Source: a virus (lineage: Duplodnaviria > Caudoviricetes). From it: DNA of 64,000 nt. The stretch is from IMG/VR virus record IMGVR_UViG_3300029705_000009; one strand, 5' to 3'. Under the pieces are notes generated by a model. It did no database searches. It worked only from the letters and a program-made list of their open reading frames with translations, and was not told where the DNA came from. Positions within the stretch are counted from its first letter, which is position 1. Every line of letters begins with the position of its first letter. The position numbers and the translations under genes were made by a program. This document shows, piece after piece, positions 19,210 through 24,729 of this stretch.

Positions 19210-19948
19210 TTATATACCTCCATTTAAAACACTTCCTAATCAACAATTTAGCAATGTTATCAAACAAAAAACTGATGATCATAATTGAAATAATTCCAAG
19301 AAATACCAAATCAGTCTTTCCTCTAGAAGATGATTGCTGAATCATGTAACCAAGTCCGTATTTTGCGTTAATACTTTCAACCACGGCACAATAGGTGAAG
19401 CCTATTCCGAAGCACATTACAAAGCTATTTAAAATACTTGGTAACATAGCCGGTAATTGTATTCTTACGATTGCTTGCAATCTACTCATTCCAATTGTAT
19501 ATCCGGTTTCGATTAGATCCTGGTTAATTTCCTCTAATGAATTTACTACTGAAGGCATCATATACACAAAACATGCAATGAAAAGAAACGCAATTTTCAT
19601 TTTCTCTTCAATACCTAACCACAAAATTAATAATGGATAAAATGCAGTTACTGGAACATATCGCATAAGACTGACAATAGGATTAACCGAATACTTTATA
19701 ATCTTAAAATTGTATACCAATAACCCTAACGGCAAAGCAACAAGACCAGATAATACTGAAGAAATCAATATTCTTCTAAATGTATATAGAATTGCGATTT
19801 GCAATTGTCCTGTAGATATAAGTGTTTTAGCATCTTCCAATACCACTAATGGATTTGGAATAAATAGCGAATTTGAATTTAAAGAAGCAAAATACCATAT
19901 TAATATAACAATTAAAAATGTTATTAAAGTAATCAGTTTATTTTTCAT
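19193..19948 (-). CDS. ABC transporter permease (SsuC/TauC-like)
   Basis: Multiple TM segments, EAA-like loop, VVES..A..GLGY. Confidence 0.92.
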   Translation of the reverse strand: MKNKLITLITFLIVILIWYFASLNSNSLFIPNPLVVLEDAKTLISTGQLQIAILYTFRRILISSVLSGLVALPLGLLVYNFKIIKYSVNPIVSLMRYVPVTAFYPLLILWLGIEEKMKIAFLFIACFVYMMPSVVNSLEEINQDLIETGYTIGMSRLQAIVRIQLPAMLPSILNSFVMCFGIGFTYCAVVESINAKYGLGYMIQQSSSRGKTDLVFLGIISIMIISFLFDNIAKLLIRKCFKWRYINDSIE

Positions 19949-19982
19949 TGTATGTTTCCCATTTAATTTTATTCACTTACCA

Positions 19983-20624
19983 CTATACCAAATCACGATA
20001 TTCTGCAAGCATCTTAGCCAACTCAGGATTTCGATCAGCATAAACAACGTATTTGTTCATCTCATCCATCTCTGCAATTTTCTGATCCATCTTCTTACGA
20101 AGTTCTGCAGCCTTAACACGATTTTCTACTCTCTGATTGTAAGCAGATAAATCTACTTTACACTTTACTTCTGCAGTAATATTCTTTGAGAATCTTGCCC
20201 TAGCTTCTTCCACTGAAATAACTTCATCTACAACAACAACTCTTTCACATGCCCCAGAAATCAAGACTGAATCTCCTGCTTCAATGCTTTCATCATAAAG
20301 AGCATAATGATAATCCACTCCGGACATTTTAACTACTGCCACCTTGTTATAACCAGTCAACTTTTCCATTTCTTTTACCTCACATTCATTTTGATTAGTT
20401 ATTAATTGAACACTTGTGTCTTTAAGTGTTAAATATTTATCTCTATATTTACCTTCGCTATTCTTATATACATTTGGTTGATATATTGTACCATCTAAAA
20501 ATAAAGAAACATTACCGCTATAATAATGATAAGCAAATACAGTACCCAAATACCCTTTGTATTTAGATTTATTGGAAACAACTCTAATTCTATCTCCTGG
20601 TTTGAATATATATCCTCTGCCCAT
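19983..20624 (-). CDS. Hypothetical protein
   Basis: ORF with RBS; KOW/SH3-like N-terminus. Confidence 0.7.
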   Translation of the reverse strand: MGRGYIFKPGDRIRVVSNKSKYKGYLGTVFAYHYYSGNVSLFLDGTIYQPNVYKNSEGKYRDKYLTLKDTSVQLITNQNECEVKEMEKLTGYNKVAVVKMSGVDYHYALYDESIEAGDSVLISGACERVVVVDEVISVEEARARFSKNITAEVKCKVDLSAYNQRVENRVKAAELRKKMDQKIAEMDEMNKYVVYADRNPELAKMLAEYRDLV

Positions 20625-20653
20625 TGTTGTGTCCTTTCTGAATGATTTACTAA

Positions 20654-20726
20654 TTCTGATGGTAGGACTCGAACCTACGACGCGAGGAATTTACCGGCTC
20701 TGCTCTCCCAGCTGAGCTACATCAGA
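20654..20726 (-). tRNA. tRNA-like gene with aberrant anticodon arm (identity unresolved)
   Basis: Acceptor TCTGATG/CATCAGA, D-arm GCTC/GAGC, T-arm GTAGG-TTCGAGT-CCTAC; only 3 bp (GAG/CTC) close CCGGTAAATTC. Confidence 0.7.
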
Positions 20727-20737
20727 ACTTTTAAATT

Positions 20738-21229
20738 ACATTTGACTACTCATGCAGTACTTCATGCCCGCACCCACCTATGTCTCCCACACACAACCTC
20801 GTCAAATGTTGTTTTTAAATGGTTTAATCGACCTCACCACAAACGGAGTTGTCCATCAACTCACATGGAACAGTTTTACCAGTTTTCTTTTTGGACGACT
20901 ATTACGTATGTCCTCCAACTGCCAAGTCGATTTTTTACATGCATGACCTACTAATCTGCAGCTAAGTAGGATTATGTTCAACACTTTATCGAAAGCCTGA
21001 ATCATTTTACTGAAAACGCTATTTTGACTCTGTTGCAAAATAGTAACGGTCAAGTGATAAGTCACTACCTCTGTTCTTTTCTCCACCAATTTACAGTAAG
21101 GAGTGTGTTTCCTTTTGAAACTTCTCAAAAGTCACTTCAGTGTCCGTTGCCGACCCTATTTTCTTTTTGAATTAAGGATAAGTCACTTCAGTAGAAAACC
21201 TTAGCTATCAGTTTTCTTATGCTGTTGCC
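20738..21229 (-). ncRNA. Candidate structured ncRNA(s) between tRNA-like genes
   Basis: Successive closed stems (ACATTTGAC/GTCAAATGT, AATCGAC/GTCGATT, CCTACT/AGTAGG, CTATTTTG/CAAAATAG), repeated CTGAAGTGACTT; no convincing ORF. Confidence 0.45.
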
Positions 21230-21232
21230 CAA

Positions 21233-21306
21233 GTTCGCAACCAGGGGATGAACCTAGATTTCTTTCTTTGATCAGGAGAAAGCGTTTTGTCTTAAACTAC
21301 TGCGAA
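21233..21306 (-). tRNA. tRNA-like gene with 6-bp stem and 9-nt anticodon loop (CCTGATCAA)
   Basis: Acceptor TTCGCAG/TTGCGAA, D-arm GTTT/AAAC, T-arm CTAGG-TTCATCC-CCTGG. Confidence 0.6.
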
Positions 21307-21348
21307 ACCGTTTTAACCCTATTAACCACTCCTCAAGGAAAGGAGAAA

Positions 21349-21428
21349 CGGCAGTCTCCGGAATCGAACCAGTAATTGTATCTGCTTTTTATTGTCCAGA
21401 TATTGCTTTGCCATTAAGCTAAACTGCC
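21349..21428 (-). tRNA. tRNA-like gene with 12-nt anticodon loop
   Basis: Acceptor GGCAGTT/GACTGCC, D-arm GCTT/AAGC, TATCTG-GACAATAAAAAG-CAGATA, T-loop TTCGATT. Confidence 0.6.
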
Positions 21429-21462
21429 TCGTATGCGTTATTTCCGGTATACGCATCCCACC

Positions 21463-21684
21463 CTTGTTACAAATATTTCATTTCGTATACGTGATTGGTT
21501 ATGTCTATGAGTCCATACAACCATATCTGCACTTATCTTTTTTACGATTCCCTTCAGTGTGCAGAGACAGGAATACGATCGAGCCACGTTTTTCGGTTGT
21601 ACAAATACTACTTTGAAACATTTGTAGATTATTCTTTGCTCTACTGGTAATCAACCAGGTTTGGTTCCACCCAAACGTAACAAG
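21463..21684 (-). ncRNA. Candidate multi-hairpin ncRNA (~220 nt)
   Basis: Closed by 8-bp CTTGTTAC/GTAACAAG, with several internal hairpins. Confidence 0.45.
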
Positions 21685-21698
21685 TGAGCTTTTAGTGA

Positions 21699-21771
21699 TG
21701 GAGCGCCTGGGATTCGAACCCAGAACCGTCCGGTTATGAGCCGGATGCACTAACCGTTGTGCTAACGCTCC
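21699..21771 (-). tRNA. tRNA-CAT (Ile2 or Met; arm resembles Firmicute Ile2)
   Basis: Canonical cloverleaf, TCCGG-CTCATAA-CCGGA. Confidence 0.93.
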
Positions 21772-21828
21772 GTGTTTGCCAGAATATACTGTCTGGCTCA
21801 GTTGAGACTTTAATTATGAAAGAAATTT

Positions 21829-21917
21829 TGGTGGAATTTTGAAATGCTGTCGAATCGAACGACAAGAAAAACTTTTGCAGAGTTTTGAATTTAAAATTGC
21901 TGTAAGAGATCTCCACC
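21829..21917 (-). ncRNA. Array unit: tRNA-Cys(GCA)-like RNA with D-arm replaced by CAGCAA motif
   Basis: GGTGGAG/TTCCACC, TTACAGCAATTTT, AAAACT-CTGCAAA-AGTTTT, TGTCG-TTCGATT-CGACA. Confidence 0.7.
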
Positions 21918-21962
21918 CTTATCTCCTATAATTCTGTCACCAGACGCCTTTCGTATTTATTC

Positions 21963-22022
21963 TAGGCACGTTTACATTATTGATTAACAGTCAATTGTAT
22001 TTATATTTGCTGCATGTGCCTA
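21963..22022 (-). ncRNA. Array unit: mini RNA with Asn(GTT) anticodon stem-loop
   Basis: TAGGCAC/GTGCCTA stem, ATGCAGCAAAT, ATTGA-CTGTTAA-TCAAT. Confidence 0.75.
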
Positions 22023-22028
22023 TATTGC

Positions 22029-22205
22029 TAGATACCATATATCAGAGTTTACTTAAATTTGCACCAAGCTACAGATTCGAACTGCCATCTTCTCCTTTAA
22101 AGGGAGACGTAATATTCTTGCGAATGCGCTTTGCCCTATTATACTATCTCGGTGGTTTCCTCATCATACTTTTTTACGCATTATTTATATCGCTGTTGGT
22201 ATCTA
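22029..22205 (-). ncRNA. Array unit enclosing a tRNA-like element with TTA (ochre) anticodon (22061-22154)
   Basis: TAGATACCA/TGGTATCTA stem, ACAGCGAT; inner CACCGAG/CTTGGTG, TCTCC-CTTTAAA-GGAGA, T-loop TTCGAAT, expanded D region. Confidence 0.65.
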
Positions 22206-22220
22206 TTTAATTTTATTTAG

Positions 22221-23771
22221 TTATACAATGTCTTTAACGGCATCCTCTACTACTTGGTATCTTTCGGAGTTAAGCTGTTCAACCAAACATTCAAACGGAT
22301 CGAGCTTTCCACTAAGTACCATCTTGCAGATAGCAGGGCTAAAACCAGACACTAACGCTACTGGGAAGTTTTCGTGCCGATTTACAGGCAAGGTACCGGT
22401 TCTACTACAAATGTTCCAGAATACAACACGAGGCATTTTGTAACCAGCATTAGTCCATTTCTGTTCAATTTCTCTGAATAAAGTATTTTTTACTCCCCAT
22501 CCACCACTATTATCTATTGCACATGAATCGAATTCCATATCTGATAAAATAAGAACATTTGTAGGAATATCTTCTTGGCTCATTTTCTTGCTAACGGCAG
22601 TCTTGAGTAATAAATCAAACACAGCTTCAATATTGGTATTGGCCACCTCATTATATCTAAGTGCAATCGCAATCTTTTCTCTTAAAGTCTTAGCTTGAGA
22701 AAAGTCTACTAATTGAGGTCTATGGCTAAAAGTAATGTAATTGTTCTTAAACTCTCCATTACTATGCTCTGCAAAATAAATTGCTAAAGCATTTGCAACA
22801 TCAAGACATGTCACATTGGTTCCACCAACTGTACTTTTCATACTTCCGGAGCCATCAGCAACACAAATCGTGTTTCCCTGACCCTTTACAAAGTCAGGAA
22901 GTGCTTTCCATAACTGCTCCAATGTAGTATCTACACCAGATTTTAAATATTGACCATAACCAGAACCAGTCATATAACTATGAACAATATCATGAGGGAA
23001 GTTAACAGAACTGTTAATCTTTACACCTTCATCTCCACGCTCTAAAGCTGCCAGATAAGCTCTACGTCTCTCTTCATCATTTCTTAAGAAAGCTCCATTG
23101 TAAATCAGATTCGCTCTTGAAGGTACTGTGTTATAGTCGATTTCACTCCACTCTTTCGCAGACATTTTAACTTCTACAACATTAAGATACTTACGAAGAG
23201 AAGAAAGTGTCTTTCGATAATTTCTCTCTGTCATATTAAGACCGGAATAAAGAATCCTTGCAAGTCTTCTGTTTCCCTTTGAGGAGCAATTAGTACTAGG
23301 CATCCATTTTGCCAAGAGTGAAATAGGCTTGTTTTCCATCTGATTAGCGCAGTCTTCCTCAAGCTGCATTGCAACCCAGGCTATAACATCTTCACGAAGT
23401 TTTGTATCAAGCAGACACCACATATCATCTACACGGCCATATTCCGGTGCTAAGCTAAACACTGCCTTTGCAATCTCAGGTTGTTCTGTTGCCAACCATT
23501 TCAGACACACTCTAAACAATCTTCTTTCGCCAATGCCTTCTCTTGCATCTCTGCAATAGAATAACCACTTTACGGCAAGCAGCTTGTCTTCATAGAAAGC
23601 CTTAGCAAAAGCATCTTCAATTGCTTTATCACTCTTATTTCTGAAAGATGTTACACCGAAATTAATATCTAACAGCTTTCTTCCGGATGTGCCAAATCCT
23701 AACGCTCCATTTTCTGTAATGGAAAAGCTATTCTGATCTAGTGTTGTTTTTAAATTATTCATAAAACTCAT
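22221..23771 (-). CDS. DUF2828-family TROVE/Ro60-like protein with C-terminal VWA (MIDAS) domain
   Basis: TENGA, RDAREGIGER, LAKWMPS, DGSGSM, ILSDMEFD, VFWNI, LVSGFS; start at MSFMNN after AAGGAGA. Confidence 0.88.
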   Translation of the reverse strand: MSFMNNLKTTLDQNSFSITENGALGFGTSGRKLLDINFGVTSFRNKSDKAIEDAFAKAFYEDKLLAVKWLFYCRDAREGIGERRLFRVCLKWLATEQPEIAKAVFSLAPEYGRVDDMWCLLDTKLREDVIAWVAMQLEEDCANQMENKPISLLAKWMPSTNCSSKGNRRLARILYSGLNMTERNYRKTLSSLRKYLNVVEVKMSAKEWSEIDYNTVPSRANLIYNGAFLRNDEERRRAYLAALERGDEGVKINSSVNFPHDIVHSYMTGSGYGQYLKSGVDTTLEQLWKALPDFVKGQGNTICVADGSGSMKSTVGGTNVTCLDVANALAIYFAEHSNGEFKNNYITFSHRPQLVDFSQAKTLREKIAIALRYNEVANTNIEAVFDLLLKTAVSKKMSQEDIPTNVLILSDMEFDSCAIDNSGGWGVKNTLFREIEQKWTNAGYKMPRVVFWNICSRTGTLPVNRHENFPVALVSGFSPAICKMVLSGKLDPFECLVEQLNSERYQVVEDAVKDIV

Positions 23772-23816
23772 TTCTTTTTCTCCTTTTTGAATAGTTTTAT
23801 TTGCTTTAACTATTCC

Positions 23817-23868
23817 AAGATACATTTGATAGATTTGCAGTCTAATTTTTATTTGCTGTTAGTATCTT
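23817..23868 (-). ncRNA. Array unit: mini RNA with Cys(GCA) anticodon stem-loop
   Basis: AAGATAC/GTATCTT stem, TAACAGCAAAT, TAGA-CTGCAAA-TCTA. Confidence 0.75.
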
Positions 23869-23880
23869 AGAAATTAATAA

Positions 23881-23998
23881 GCGGAGAGTGTGGGACTCGA
23901 ACCCACGACAACAGGCTCCCTAAGCAATATAAAATTGCAGTATAAGTCTTTCTCAAGACTCGTTTTTTTCTGTGCTCTACCAACTGAGCTAACCTCCG
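23881..23998 (-). tRNA. tRNA-Pro(AGG)-like with 44-nt insertion (23926-23969) in anticodon stem
   Basis: D-arm GCTC/GAGC, CAG[insert]GC-TTAGGGA-GCCTG, T-arm GTGGG-TTCGAGT-CCCAC; insert is hairpin + ATACTGCAATTTT. Confidence 0.8.
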
Positions 23999-24003
23999 CA
24001 TAT

Positions 24004-24121
24004 CAGAGAGGGTAAGATTCGAACTTACGACCTACGGGTTAACAGCCATTGTAAAATTGCAGTTTAAGTCTTTGACAAGACCCGATTATTACGTTGCTCT
24101 ATCCAGCTGAGCTACCTCTCT
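24004..24121 (-). tRNA. tRNA-Asn(GTT) with 44-nt insertion (24048-24091) in anticodon stem
   Basis: AGAGAGG/CCTCTCT G73, ACG[insert]GG-CTGTTAA-CCCGT, canonical D and T arms. Confidence 0.85.
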
Positions 24122-24124
24122 GAG

Positions 24125-24251
24125 TGGGGAAAGAATGGATTCGAACCATCGAAGCATAATGCGAGAGATTTACAGTCTTCACAAATTGCAGTTAATGTCT
24201 AACTAGACATGTTCTCCGTTCTCTTGGGTTTGTCCACTTCCCTATTTCCCC
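24125..24251 (-). tRNA. tRNA-Tyr(GTA) with 44-nt insertion (24178-24221) in anticodon stem
   Basis: GGGGAAA/TTTCCCC A73, AGA[insert]GA-CTGTAAA-TCTCT, long variable arm GCA-TTA-TGC. Confidence 0.85.
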
Positions 24252-24264
24252 ATATTTAGTTTTC

Positions 24265-24327
24265 TAGTCGCCATAAAAACTTATCAGATCCCTAATCAGA
24301 TGTTTTTAATGTTGCTGTAAGCGACTA
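24265..24327 (-). ncRNA. Array unit: mini RNA with Pro(AGG) anticodon loop
   Basis: TAGTCGC/GCGACTA stem, TTACAGCAAC, ATCTGA-TTAGGGA-TCTGAT. Confidence 0.72.
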
Positions 24328-24330
24328 ACT

Positions 24331-24387
24331 AGATGCTTTTGAATTACAATTTAAAAGATTGTTCCAATAAAATTGCTGTATGCATCT
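24331..24387 (-). ncRNA. Array unit: mini RNA with Lys(TTT) anticodon stem-loop
   Basis: AGATGC/GCATCT stem, ATACAGCAATTTT, ACAAT-CTTTTAA-ATTGT. Confidence 0.75.
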
Positions 24388-24389
24388 GA

Positions 24390-24502
24390 AGACGTGAGAC
24401 GGAGTTGAACCATCATCTGTGCCTTGGCTTCCTTTAATTTGCTGTTTGAGTTAAACTAAACTCTTTATTCGGAGCACCGTGCTACCATTGCACCATCACG
24501 CC
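24390..24502 (-). tRNA. tRNA-Gly(GCC)-like with ~42-nt insertion (24431-24472) in anticodon arm
   Basis: GGCGTGA/TCACGTC U73, D-arm GTGC/GCAC, GTGCT[insert]AAGCCAA-GGCAC; insert is hairpin + AAACAGCAAAT. Confidence 0.72.
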
Positions 24503-24507
24503 ATATC

Positions 24508-24582
24508 AAAGCGGTTTGAGGTATTGTCGTTTTCCTCTCATTAATGTTTTCTGGAGACAAAATATCTTGCTGTAACCGCTTT
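24508..24582 (-). ncRNA. Array unit (stem + ACAGCAA; possible Trp-like CTCCAGA loop, weak)
   Basis: AAAGCGGTT/AACCGCTTT stem, ACAGCAAG. Confidence 0.6.
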
Positions 24583-24589
24583 TAATTAC

Positions 24590-24655
24590 TAGACAGATTA
24601 AAATATATAATATGTATTCTGGCATATATTCTTTAAATGTTGCTACTTCTGTCTA
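24590..24655 (-). ncRNA. Array unit (divergent motif TAGCAA, internal hairpin)
   Basis: TAGACAGA/TCTGTCTA stem, AGTAGCAAC, ATATG-CCAGAATA-CATAT. Confidence 0.55.
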
Positions 24656-24657
24656 AA

Positions 24658-24729
24658 CAGGGCTAGCTGGATTCGAACCAGCGACTGCAGCAGTCAAAGT
24701 GCTGTGCCTTACCGCTTGGCGATAGCCCT
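24658..24729 (-). tRNA. tRNA-Gln(TTG)
   Basis: Canonical cloverleaf, CAGCA-CTTTGAC-TGCTG. Confidence 0.95.

Noticed and set aside
21104-21141. Hammerhead ribozyme (CTGAAGTGA-stem-GAAAC)
   Set aside because: The core has two extra nucleotides relative to CUGANGA, and I could not identify stems I and III with a cleavage triplet.
22061-22154. Stop-codon reassignment of the genome implied by the TTA anticodon
   Set aside because: Conserved genes are full length under the standard code and end in TAA/TAG/TGA; there is no fragmentation pattern.
20742-22210. ORF-track calls inside the RNA island (20856-21128, 21505-21750, 21734-21916 and plus-strand ORFs)
   Set aside because: No RBS, overlap with tRNA or structured RNA, atypical composition.
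23772-23825. Longer N-terminus of the DUF2828 protein given in the ORF track
   Set aside because: It overlaps an RNA unit and lacks an RBS; the ATG at 23771 has AAGGAGA at proper spacing.
23926-24221. tRNA inserts as group I/II introns or archaeal BHB introns
   Set aside because: 44 nt is far too short for a self-splicing intron, the position is in the stem, and I could not draw a convincing bulge-helix-bulge.
21829-24655. RNA array as a CRISPR array (with the Cas4-like gene at 8157-9011)
   Set aside because: No identical direct repeats or regular spacers. Conservation is structural plus a short motif. No cas1 or effector genes are present, and the Cas4-like nuclease sits in the replication operon.
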